Below are positions 47,666 through 55,917 of a DNA stretch of 64,000 bases, piece after piece. Location of the stretch: positions 21,766-85,765 of the forward strand of contig CAVTUG010000001.1 of the NCBI GenBank assembly GCA_963737865.1, written 5' to 3'. Source of the DNA: an uncultured Actinomycetota bacterium. Lineage in GTDB: Bacteria > Actinomycetota > Actinomycetes > Streptosporangiales > Streptosporangiaceae. Positions within the stretch are counted from its first letter, which is position 1, and every line of letters starts with the position of its first letter. The notes beneath the pieces are model-generated. The model did not search any database, was not told the DNA's origin, and saw only the letters and a list, made by a program, of their open reading frames with translations. A program made the position numbers and the translations under genes.

Positions 47666-48970
47666 GTGATCGCACATCAGTTTGGAACACCGCCATCCTT
47701 GCCGTTAGGTAACGCTGCCTTAGGTAACGCTGCCTTAGGTAACGCTGCCTTAGGTAATGCTGCCGACCTCGCGTCGTTCGACCTGCGGCAGCGCGGCCTG
47801 ATTGATGATCCGTGGCCGATCTACACCTGGCTGCGGAACCTTGGTCCCGTGCATTACCTGCCTCGCCATGACCTGTGGATAGTCACCAGGTATCAAGAGG
47901 CGGTCACGGTCCTGCGCGAGCCGGCCGTGCTTTCCTCCAAGCTCGGCATGAGCTTTGACCTGGCCAGGCCAGGCACCGTGAACGCTGGCTTCGATTACCG
48001 CTTCGGCGGGCCGAATGTCCGGGTGCTGGTCGCCACCGACCCGCCGGAGCATCAGGTTTTCCGGCACGCCGTCGCCGGGGTGTTCAGCCGGGCGTCGGTG
48101 GAGAACATTTCCGAGCGCATCGCCCAGCGGGCCCGATCGTGCGTGCGCGATCTGCTCGAGCACGCCGCGCACGGCACGGCTGATTTCTACCGTCAGGTCG
48201 CGGCGCCACTGCCGGTTCTGGTGCTGGCCGAGTTGTTCGGCATGCCGGAGGACCTGCATGGCAAGTTCCGGGCCTGGGCGACCCTGATGACGGCGGATCT
48301 CGACAACGGGGCTGGTCCGACTGCGGTTGGCCGAGGCCTAGACATGTTCCGATACTTCAGCGAGCAGCTGAAAAGCCCGCCGGGCCTCGGCCGGCCTACG
48401 GTCTTCGATTCGGTCAGGTCCGCGCGTGGTGCCGACGTCAGTGAGCACGAGCTACTCGCCTTCTGCGCCTTCCTGCTAGTCGCCGGCATCGAGACGACGA
48501 CAAACCTGCTGACTAACCTGCTGGCCGCCTTGATCGCCTTCCCGGCCGCGTTCCGTCAGCTGCGGGCGTCCCCGGAACTATTGCCGGCGGCGATCGAGGA
48601 GGGCCTCAGGTACGAATCGCCCCTGCAGGTTCTGTGGCGAGGGACAACTGAGCCCACGGAACTGGGAGGACATCGCCTCCCGGCCGGCGCCCGGATCATG
48701 GTCGCCTTCGGCTCAGCCAATCGAGACGAACGCGAGTTCACCACGCCAGATGTCTTCCGGCTGGATCGTGACCCCAATCCGCACCTAGGTTTCGGCGCCG
48801 GGCCGCACTACTGCCTCGGTGCGCGCCTAGCCCGGCTGGAAGTAACGTCCGTGCTGCGCGAGCTGCTGGCGACGACAGCCGATCTCGAACTAGCCGGTCC
48901 GATAACGCGGACGAACAGCATCGTCCTGCGCGGCTGCACGAAGCTGCCAGTCCGAATACGCCCAATTTAG
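47666..48970 (+). CDS. Cytochrome P450
   Basis: It has the heme loop FGAGPHYCLGARLA, the I-helix LLVAGIETTTNLL and ExxR-like EEGLRYESP. Confidence 0.9.
   Translation: MIAHQFGTPPSLPLGNAALGNAALGNAALGNAADLASFDLRQRGLIDDPWPIYTWLRNLGPVHYLPRHDLWIVTRYQEAVTVLREPAVLSSKLGMSFDLARPGTVNAGFDYRFGGPNVRVLVATDPPEHQVFRHAVAGVFSRASVENISERIAQRARSCVRDLLEHAAHGTADFYRQVAAPLPVLVLAELFGMPEDLHGKFRAWATLMTADLDNGAGPTAVGRGLDMFRYFSEQLKSPPGLGRPTVFDSVRSARGADVSEHELLAFCAFLLVAGIETTTNLLTNLLAALIAFPAAFRQLRASPELLPAAIEEGLRYESPLQVLWRGTTEPTELGGHRLPAGARIMVAFGSANRDEREFTTPDVFRLDRDPNPHLGFGAGPHYCLGARLARLEVTSVLRELLATTADLELAGPITRTNSIVLRGCTKLPVRIRPI
47705..47764 (+). repeat. Four tandem copies of a 15-bp unit (ttaggtaacgctgcc) in the P450 N-terminus, encoding (LGNAA)4 with four TTA codons
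   Basis: The units are contiguous at 47705, 47720, 47735 and 47750. They are in frame with the GTG 47666 start. Confidence 0.9.
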
Positions 48971-49168
48971 CCGCCCTATCGGCGATTTCCGCGAACTGCC
49001 GGACCGCAACGAAGCCGCGTCCAAGTGACCACTCTGCGCAGTTGGACGCGAGCGAGCGGACACCGACTCGCCCGCCAGCGGCATCCGGCCGCCGCCGGCA
49101 CGGAACGGACCACACCCCCAACTCGGCGCTCACCCGACCCGCATCACCCGGCCCGATCAGGGCCAATC

Positions 49169-49395
49169 GGGCCGTGATCCGGTTCTGGCTGCCTGCCTGT
49201 TCCGGGTTGCTTGGGCCGTGATCCGGTTCCGGCTGGCTGCCTGTTCCGGGTTGCTCGGGCCGTGATCCGGTTCCGGCTGGCTGCCTGTTCCGGGTTGCTC
49301 GGGCCGTGATCCGGTTCCGGCTGGCTGCCTGTTCCGGGTTGCTCGGGCCGTGATCCGGTTCCGGCTGGCTGCCCGTTCCGGGTTGCTCGGGCCGG
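49169..49395. repeat. Non-coding tandem repeat, 44-bp unit x 5 plus a partial copy
   Basis: The unit gggccgtgatccggttccggctggctgcctgttccgggttgctc starts at 49169, 49213, 49257, 49301 and 49345, with a partial copy from 49389. The period is not a multiple of 3. Confidence 0.9.
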
Positions 49396-49481
49396 GGCCC
49401 GATCCAACCCGCAAACCCGATCGCGGGCCCCTAAGTGAGCTTGGCGAAACGATGGCCGAAGCGTGAAGTTTCCCGCGTGCT

Positions 49482-49620
49482 GGAGGGTTCTCGTGCGCTG
49501 GCTGGAGGGTTTCCGGGTTCCTGCAGGAGCCGTTCCGCATCGGGGAGACTTGACCGCGCTATACGACGGCAGGTCTCCTGCATGCGAAATCTCTCCCGCA
49601 CCCGCCCGGAAATTCTCGCG
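49482..49620. repeat. Palindromic element, copy 2 (inverted relative to copy 1 at 26467-26587)
   Basis: The reverse complement of 49520-49615 aligns with 26490-26585, for example gcatgcaggagac..gcgcggtcaa.tctccccga.gcggaacg.ctcc..caggaacccg. Confidence 0.7.
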
Positions 49621-49721
49621 CACGCGACCGCCTACTCGCAGCAACCGCCCCGCCGCCGAAGCAGTTCCGCCAAAGCCACCTAACCGGGCTCGGGCGGTGC
49701 CTCCGGCGCCGGCCGTGGCCG

Positions 49722-50144
49722 GTCGTTGTGAGTTTGCTGGTGCTGGTCCTCGGCTGGCCGCCCGGCCCTGGCCCGTCGTTGTGAGTTTGCTGGGGCTGGG
49801 GCGCGGTCGTTGTGAGTTAGCTGGGGGTCAAGTTGGGGTTGAGGGTTTGGCCGCGCGGCGGCGGGTCCGCCGGGCTGGCCCCTTTTGGCGGTTTTTGGGT
49901 GGTTTGGGGTTCGCGGGTGTGCGCCGGACGGAGTCGAGTGGCCTGGTCTGGCCTCGGCTCGGCGCGGCTGGCTCTGACCGGGTGGGCTGGCCCGTCGTTG
50001 TGAGTTTGCTGGGGCTGGATCTCCCCGGCCGTCCGGCCCTGGCCCGTCGTTGTGAGTTTGCTGGGGCTGGGGCGCGGTCGTTGTGAGTTTGCTGGGGGTC
50101 AAGTTGAGGGGGCGAGTGCGCGCGGCGGGGTGGTTGTGAGTTGG
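49722..50144. repeat. Six full and one partial copy of a 19-bp motif GTCGTTGTGAGTTTGCTGG, arranged as two ~130-bp higher-order repeats
   Basis: Copies start at 49722, 49775, 49806, 49994, 50046 and 50077, with a partial copy at 50132. Spacings of 53/31 and 52/31 bp recur, and the two triplets are 272 bp apart. Confidence 0.85.
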
Positions 50145-50304
50145 GGGAGGTTCGGGCGAGGTGGGCCTGACCAGGGCCTGGAGGACTATCCCTACTAAAT
50201 CGTATGTTAAGGGTTGTGGGTCGATTGTCGATGGGCTAGCTTGGCAAAGCCGGCCTGGGCTGGCCGCCGTTACCTGGGCATAACTCACGCGCGCTGGAGG
50301 TAAG

Positions 50305-51275
50305 GTGTCGCAGGCTGCCGTGGAAATGGCTAACACTCATCTGATCAGCGATTTACTGCCTGCGGACTCGCCTCGGATCGCCGCGAAAGCAGCGGGCACG
50401 TCCGCGTCCTCGCGGAGTCATCGACGCAGCTTCCGCCGATCCTGGTGCACCGGCAGAGCATGCGGGTCATCGACGGGATGCATCGCCTGCAGGCAGCGGT
50501 GTGGCGCGGAAAGTCCACTATAGAAGTGGAATGGTTCGACGGAACGGCGGAAGACGCCTTCATCGAGGCGGTCCGCGCCAACGTCAGCCACGGGTTGCCG
50601 CTCACGCTCTCGGACCGGGAGGCGGCCGCGATGCGGATAATCCAGACGCATCCCAGCTTCTCCGACCGTCGTATCGCGACGATCACCGCGCTTGCTCCCG
50701 GTACGGTGGCGGTCGTCCGTCAGCGGTGCGGGTCTGCGGGCGATACCGGCGCTCGCATCGGGCGCGACGGCAGGATCCGGCCGCTGACGAGCATCGACGG
50801 CCGAAGAGCCGCTCAGCAGGCGATCGCGGCTCATCCCGACGCGTCCTTACGCATGATCGCGGAGCAGGCCGGCATTTCGCCGACAACGGTCCGTGACGTG
50901 CGCGAGCGCATGCTCCGAGGCGAAGACCCGATCCCCGCTGGCCTCTCGCATCGCGAGTCAGCAGGCCGGCAGCAAGGGCCTGCCAGGACCAAGGGCAAGG
51001 TCCGGCGCCTTAGGGGCGCCGAGAGCGGCCGCGGGCGGCTGACGCTGCTCCAGGACCTGTGCCGCGACCCGTCGTTGCGGCTGACGCAGCCAGGTCGCCA
51101 TTTTCTGTACTGGCTCAAGAACCGGGCCGCCCCGCTCCAGATCCAGCCCGAGGAACTGAACACCATTCCCACCCACGCCCTGTTCCTGGTCGCCCAGATC
51201 GCTAATCAGTGCGCGGATGAGTGGTACGAGTTTGCGCAGAAGCTTGAGGAACGCCTTCAGGACGCGAAGCAGTAG
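50305..51275 (+). pseudogene. StrR-like / ParB-N-domain transcriptional regulator; frame broken near 50378
   Basis: ISDLLPADSPRIA is in the frame of GTG 50305. GHVRVLAESSTQLPPILVHRQSMRVIDGMHRLQAA (ParB-like DGxHR) follows in the frame of ORF 50445-51275. HTH-like segments are IATITALAPGTVAVVRQR and IAEQAGISPTTVRDVRER. Confidence 0.7.
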
Positions 51276-53184
51276 CTAGCGCCCCGCCCACGAACGAGTG
51301 CCAGAGCAGACGGCGCTTCGGCTTGCCGCTCGACGTCCGCGCGATGGCGCCACGGGGGACGGGCGCGATGACCACGGAAGCGCCATCTGTCCGTCGGCGC
51401 ACGATCTGCTCGGCGAGTTCGGTCCAGCCGGGCTGCGGACGCTCGAGCACCGCGACAGCCGTTGGTCGTCCGTCGTGGACGCCGAGGGCGACTGCCAGCC
51501 TATGTCCCGGGAGACCAGCGGTTGCCAGCGCGGCCTCGATGTCCTCGGCGAAGACGGCACGACCTCGGACCTTGAGGGAATCGCCCAGGCGCCCGAGCAC
51601 GTACAGCTGGCCGCCGAGCAGGAAGCCGGCGTCACCGGTCGCCAGGCGCCCGCCCTCGATGGACGTCAGTGACGAGGACTCGGCGACAGAGAGGTAGCCC
51701 GAGGCCACCGACGGCGCGTGCACGACGATTTCCCCGACATGGCCGTCCGGCAGCGGCTGACCGTGCTCGTCGGTCACGGTCACCTCCGCACCGGTGACCG
51801 GAGGGCCGCACCCCACCACCACATTGCCGTCAGACGCATTGCCGTCAGACGCGTTGCCGTCAGACGCGTTGCCGTCAGACGCGTTGCCGTCAGACGCGTT
51901 GCCGTCAGACACGTTAGCGTCAGACGTATTGGCGTCAGACGTGTTGGCGTCAGACGTGTTGGCGTCAGACGTGTTGGCGTCAGACGTGTTGGTGTTGGGT
52001 GCGTTGCGGTTGGACATATTGCCGTCGGACGTGTTGCCGTTGGATGCGTTGCCGTTGGATGCGTGGCCGTTGGATGCGTGGCCGTTGGGTGAGTTGCGGT
52101 TGGGTGCGTGGCTGTCGGGTGCGGGGTCGGTGAGTGCGATCGCGTCGCCGATCGCCAGCGGTCCCGGGCGGATGCCTACCGAGCGCCAGCCAGTGAAGAG
52201 CGGCAGCCCGGTTACTGCAAGCGTCGCCTCGGCCAGCCCGTAGGCGGGGAGGATCGCGCTGCGCTGGAGTCCGAACGGCTCGAGCAAGCGGTGGAACTGG
52301 TCGAACACGTCAGCGTCGAGACGCTCGGCCCCGACGATGACCGCTCGCCACAGCGCGAAGTCGAGTCCTTCGAGCATGGCCGGGGGGACCCGGCGGGCGA
52401 TGTAGGCCAGGCCGAACGCGGGCATCGCGGTCAGCCGCGCCCCCGACTCGCCGAAGCACCTGAGGTAGCGCACGGGGGTGTGCACGAACTGCTCGGGCTG
52501 CATCAGCCAGACGTCGCTTCCGTTCACGACCGGGGTCAGCAGGCAGCCGATCAGCCCCATGTCGTGGTGGACCGGAAGCCACGTCGCGGTGGCGTCGTCG
52601 GTCGTCATCTGGAGCCATTCCCGGATCGCGCCGACGTTGGCTTCGAGAGCTTCGAAGCTGATCCGCACCCCCCGAGCGCGGCCGCTCGACCCTGACGTGA
52701 ACTGGAGCAGCGCGAGGCTCGCCGGGCGGGCTGCGGCGCCCCGCCCGTTGCCGCTGGCGAGCACCTCGTCGATCGTCGTCACCGAGGCGACGTCGGCCCG
52801 GCGGGCGAGCTGACCGATCGAATCGCCGAGCCTGGGATCGGTGATCACCATCCGGGGCCGGGCCGTCCGCAGCACGCCGGCGACATGGTCGTCGTACACG
52901 CCGACATCCTGGAACGCCATGGGCGGTGCCAGCGGCGACGGCACGGCACCCGCGAGCATCGTGCCGAACAGCGCGGCCACGAAACCCGGTCCTGACGGGA
53001 GCACGATCGACACCACGTCGTCGGGCCTCACGCCCAGCGCACGGAGCCCGCTAGCGACCCGCACGGTCGAGTCCGCGAGAGTGCCATAGGACCAGAACTC
53101 CCATTCGCCGTCGTTAGCGGCGAACCGGATTCCGCGATCACCGGACGGATCGTCAAGCCATAAAAGAAGACTCCGATGATCCAC
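51202..53184 (-). CDS. Fatty acyl-AMP ligase (FAAL) with a ~100-aa pentapeptide-repeat insertion
   Basis: It has LLQFTSGSSGRARGV, WLPVHHDMGLIG and TSSGKPKRR. The intact 660-aa ORF overlaps the convergent regulator gene by 74 bp at its 3' end. Confidence 0.85.
   Translation of the reverse strand: MDHRSLLLWLDDPSGDRGIRFAANDGEWEFWSYGTLADSTVRVASGLRALGVRPDDVVSIVLPSGPGFVAALFGTMLAGAVPSPLAPPMAFQDVGVYDDHVAGVLRTARPRMVITDPRLGDSIGQLARRADVASVTTIDEVLASGNGRGAAARPASLALLQFTSGSSGRARGVRISFEALEANVGAIREWLQMTTDDATATWLPVHHDMGLIGCLLTPVVNGSDVWLMQPEQFVHTPVRYLRCFGESGARLTAMPAFGLAYIARRVPPAMLEGLDFALWRAVIVGAERLDADVFDQFHRLLEPFGLQRSAILPAYGLAEATLAVTGLPLFTGWRSVGIRPGPLAIGDAIALTDPAPDSHAPNRNSPNGHASNGHASNGNASNGNTSDGNMSNRNAPNTNTSDANTSDANTSDANTSDANTSDANVSDGNASDGNASDGNASDGNASDGNASDGNVVVGCGPPVTGAEVTVTDEHGQPLPDGHVGEIVVHAPSVASGYLSVAESSSLTSIEGGRLATGDAGFLLGGQLYVLGRLGDSLKVRGRAVFAEDIEAALATAGLPGHRLAVALGVHDGRPTAVAVLERPQPGWTELAEQIVRRRTDGASVVIAPVPRGAIARTSSGKPKRRLLWHSFVGGALATASRPEGVPQASAQTRTTHPRTD
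51826..52125 (-). repeat. About 20 tandem 15-bp units inside the FAAL gene, encoding N/S/D/G/A-rich pentapeptides
   Basis: On the plus strand there are six gccgtcagacgc.tt-type units, five ggcgtcagacgtgtt-type units and gccgttggatgcgtg-type units. They translate to HASNGHASNGNASNG..NTSDA x5..NASDG x5. Confidence 0.9.
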
Positions 53185-53233
53185 TTAGTCATTCCTTTCT
53201 CAGATATCGGGCCGCTCTCAGATTTCGCCTTTC

Positions 53234-54184
53234 TCAGATGTCACCTTTCTCAGGTCGGCCGGACCAGTCATGATCACGCCATCCCGGTGGCTGATTCCAC
53301 TCCGTCCAGCCGAATCCCGTTCTCCCGTCGGCGACCTCGAAGCGGCAAAGTGCCCGTGGAAAGTGGCCAACCTGACCTTCAGGCGAGGTCAGGCCCACCG
53401 GCGCGAAACTTATTGGCACGGCAGTCATGCGCATCGTGCCGAGCTGGATCGCCGATCGCTGCGGGAACTGATCAGGGCCGAAGGTGGTCGCCGCCGAGAA
53501 GCCGCTCAGTCGCCTGAGCTGACCTTCGGGCGTCACCGCGAATGACGGCGGGATCAGCGGTGCGTTGTTGGCCTGCATCCCATGAAACGCGGTGCCGTCG
53601 CCAATTCGGCCGGCCGACCACAGCCAGGAGGTCGTCCACCAGTCGCGCACGCCCCAGCTGTGATCGCGTTCGCCCCATCCGTTTACCGTCAGTCGATCAG
53701 CACCGATCCGAACGGTTCCGGCGACCTGGCACGGAATCTCATAGCGCGGAACCATGCGGTACGGATAGACGCCACCGAAAGTCACCCATTCCAGGTCCAG
53801 TTCCAGCCGAACCGGCGAGAAGGCGGCCAGGTCGCCGTACCCGGCGGCTGGTTCCTCCAGCACCACCGCAGTAGCTTCGAGCCTGACGTGAGCCGACTCC
53901 AGCGGGCCGGTGACTTCCTGGGCGGCGGAAATGGACTCGGTTTCTACCGAGGTACCGCGCGGCCACGGAACCGCGTTGTCGACTACGAGCGCCGTCGGCT
54001 GTCCAGGACGGACCGCGCACGCCCAGTACCAGCAGCGCCCCCACGTCGGATACAGGCCCAGCCGCACGTAGCCGGCGACCGATCCGTCCGAGGCCGCGAA
54101 GTCGAAGTAGTACGACTCGTTCCACAGCAGCTCCGATCCAGGCGGATGAAGCTGCTCGTCCTCCCGGGTCAGCCGCCAGGTCAT
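53234..54184 (-). CDS. Conserved hypothetical protein (about 316 aa), translationally coupled within the NRPS operon
   Basis: ATG 54184 overlaps the upstream stop (ATGA). The sequence (LWNESYYFDFAASDG, GWGERDHSWGVRDWW) looks like a soluble beta-rich enzyme. The ORF-track entry extends to 54433 through the upstream gene. Confidence 0.5.
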   Translation of the reverse strand: MTWRLTREDEQLHPPGSELLWNESYYFDFAASDGSVAGYVRLGLYPTWGRCWYWACAVRPGQPTALVVDNAVPWPRGTSVETESISAAQEVTGPLESAHVRLEATAVVLEEPAAGYGDLAAFSPVRLELDLEWVTFGGVYPYRMVPRYEIPCQVAGTVRIGADRLTVNGWGERDHSWGVRDWWTTSWLWSAGRIGDGTAFHGMQANNAPLIPPSFAVTPEGQLRRLSGFSAATTFGPDQFPQRSAIQLGTMRMTAVPISFAPVGLTSPEGQVGHFPRALCRFEVADGRTGFGWTEWNQPPGWRDHDWSGRPEKGDI

Positions 54185-55917
54185 GGCACGCTCTTCGCGG
54201 CCCGTGCCGAGGCGATGGCGTCCGCTTCCCGCGCGCCCCCCACCTGGCTGTCGATTACTGCGAGCAGCCGCACGAGCGTCCGTGCCTCGAACAGCGCGTC
54301 GACTGGCACGGGGACCTTGAACAGCATGCGCAGCTTGCCTATCACCCGAACCGCGGCGAGCGAATCCCCGCCCGCGCGGAAGAAGTCTTCCCTGGCGGTG
54401 GCAGGTGGCCGTCCCAGGGCCTCGGTCCACCACTCCCGCAGGACCTGGGCCGCCGGGCGGCAGAAAAGATCAGCCTCAGCCGCCGGGCCGGCCTGTTCCA
54501 GGGCCGGGCCGGCGCCATTGACGGGCGCCGCATCCGATTCCCGGGCGGACTCTGCTGTGTCTGCTGGCTCGGTGCCCGTGCCGCTGGCATGCCACTGCGC
54601 CGCGCCCAGCCGGCCTACTTCACGGCCGAGCCCGTCGGCGAGCCCGGCAAGCACCGCCTCGAAGCGGCCAAGCAGCGTGGCGATCATCTCGGCGGTGAAC
54701 AAGGCTGGCAGGTACAGCAACTGGAGCCGGGACCTCGGGTGCCGGGGAAGGACGGTCAGAGTCAGCGGGAATCCGGCGTCCTCGATGACCTCGCGGATCC
54801 TGAGCCGCAGCCCATCGCCAAGATCGAACTCGGGGTTCTCGTCCGGATAGTTCTCGAACACGACGATGCTGTCGAACAGCGGGGCCGTTGCGGGCAGTCC
54901 CGCGAATCTCGCCAGGTCCGCCAGGCCCGCGTGCTGGTGCGGGAGCGTGTCGAGATAGTCGCGCTGAACCTCCCGCAAGAAGGCGCCGACCTCCGCCGCG
55001 TCGTCGACACCGATCCGGCGCGGGATGGTGTTGATGAACACCCCGACCATGTCAGCGATGCCGGGAAGCTCGGCTGGCCGCCCCGACACCGCCGCGCCGA
55101 AGACCACGTCGTCCGAACCCGCGTGCCGGGCGAGCAGGACTGACCAGGCCGCGTAGAACACGGTACTGAGAGTGACGCGGGCCTGCCGCGCCGCAGCCGC
55201 CAGGGCCGTGCTCAGCTCGGAGCTGAGGTCGAGGTACGCCCGTCCCGCCGACACCTCGCCCGCCCGCTCTGCCTCTGGTCCCGGAGTCCGCAGCCGCAGC
55301 GGAGCAGGCCGGATCCCCGCCAGCCGCTGCCGCCAGAAGGTCTCGAGCGCCGGGGTCTGATTCTGGCCGAGCCAGCTCACGTAGTCCCGGAACGGCCGGG
55401 GCTCTGGCAGTGCGGGCGCCGAGCCTTCAGCGCAGGCCCGGTAGTGGGCGGCGACTTCGGCGATCGTGATCGGCATGGACCAGCCGTCCATGATCAGGTG
55501 ATGCAAGGTCCAGACGACGACACAGCCCCGATCGCTGGCAAGGATCGTGTGCCGCATCAGAGGCGCGGCTGCCAGCGCGATCCCGCGATCGCGGTCCTCG
55601 GTGAGGAACTGCTGCACCGCAGCCTCCACCTGATCCTGCTCTAGGTCCTTCAGGTCACGGCACTCGACCTGGACGGCGCACTCGTCCATCACGATCTGCA
55701 GCGGCTCGTCGACGCCTTCCCAGACAAAGGCGGTGCGAAGGGCGGGATGCCGCCGGACCACGGCCGTCCAGGCGGCCGCCAGGCGCTCCGGGTCGGGCGT
55801 CCGGTCCGCCTCGAAGACGAACTGCTCGATGTAGGGGCCGGGCCGGTCCTCCTTGACGACATGGAACAAGATTCCGGCCTGCATCGGGGTGAGCGGATAG
55901 ATATCCTGGATGTTCAA
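54181..55917 (-). CDS. NRPS C-T didomain protein
   Basis: It has DIYPLTPMQAGILFH, the HHxxxDG motif TLHHLIMDGWS and the C-terminal T motif FFRAGGDSLAAVRV. The TTG start overlaps the upstream stop. Confidence 0.85.
   Translation of the reverse strand: MNIQDIYPLTPMQAGILFHVVKEDRPGPYIEQFVFEADRTPDPERLAAAWTAVVRRHPALRTAFVWEGVDEPLQIVMDECAVQVECRDLKDLEQDQVEAAVQQFLTEDRDRGIALAAAPLMRHTILASDRGCVVVWTLHHLIMDGWSMPITIAEVAAHYRACAEGSAPALPEPRPFRDYVSWLGQNQTPALETFWRQRLAGIRPAPLRLRTPGPEAERAGEVSAGRAYLDLSSELSTALAAAARQARVTLSTVFYAAWSVLLARHAGSDDVVFGAAVSGRPAELPGIADMVGVFINTIPRRIGVDDAAEVGAFLREVQRDYLDTLPHQHAGLADLARFAGLPATAPLFDSIVVFENYPDENPEFDLGDGLRLRIREVIEDAGFPLTLTVLPRHPRSRLQLLYLPALFTAEMIATLLGRFEAVLAGLADGLGREVGRLGAAQWHASGTGTEPADTAESARESDAAPVNGAGPALEQAGPAAEADLFCRPAAQVLREWWTEALGRPPATAREDFFRAGGDSLAAVRVIGKLRMLFKVPVPVDALFEARTLVRLLAVIDSQVGGAREADAIASARAAKSVP

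Noticed and set aside
49169-50144. CRISPR array hypothesis for the tandem and interspersed repeats here, and for the 15-bp arrays at 34207, 47705 and 51826.
   Set aside because: The 44-bp and 15-bp units are contiguous with no unique spacers. The 19-bp motif has duplicated rather than unique intervening sequence, and three arrays are in-frame parts of genes. There are no cas genes in the window.
49144-50336. ORFs with striking repeated peptides (49144-49644 and 49157-49540 minus strand, 49463-50086 plus strand, 49680-50336 minus strand).
   Set aside because: The peptide periodicity only mirrors the 44-bp and 19-bp DNA repeats. The 44-bp period is out of phase with codons, so the same repeat appears in all frames. 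There is no RBS and no protein-like composition.
51202-51275. The 74-bp convergent overlap between the FAAL 3' end and the StrR-like 3' end, considered as a sign of another frameshift.
   Set aside because: The FAAL frame reads sensibly through TSSGKPKRRLLWHSFVGG. A late stop is common in GC-rich DNA, and I could not show a better alternative end, so I left it as annotated.
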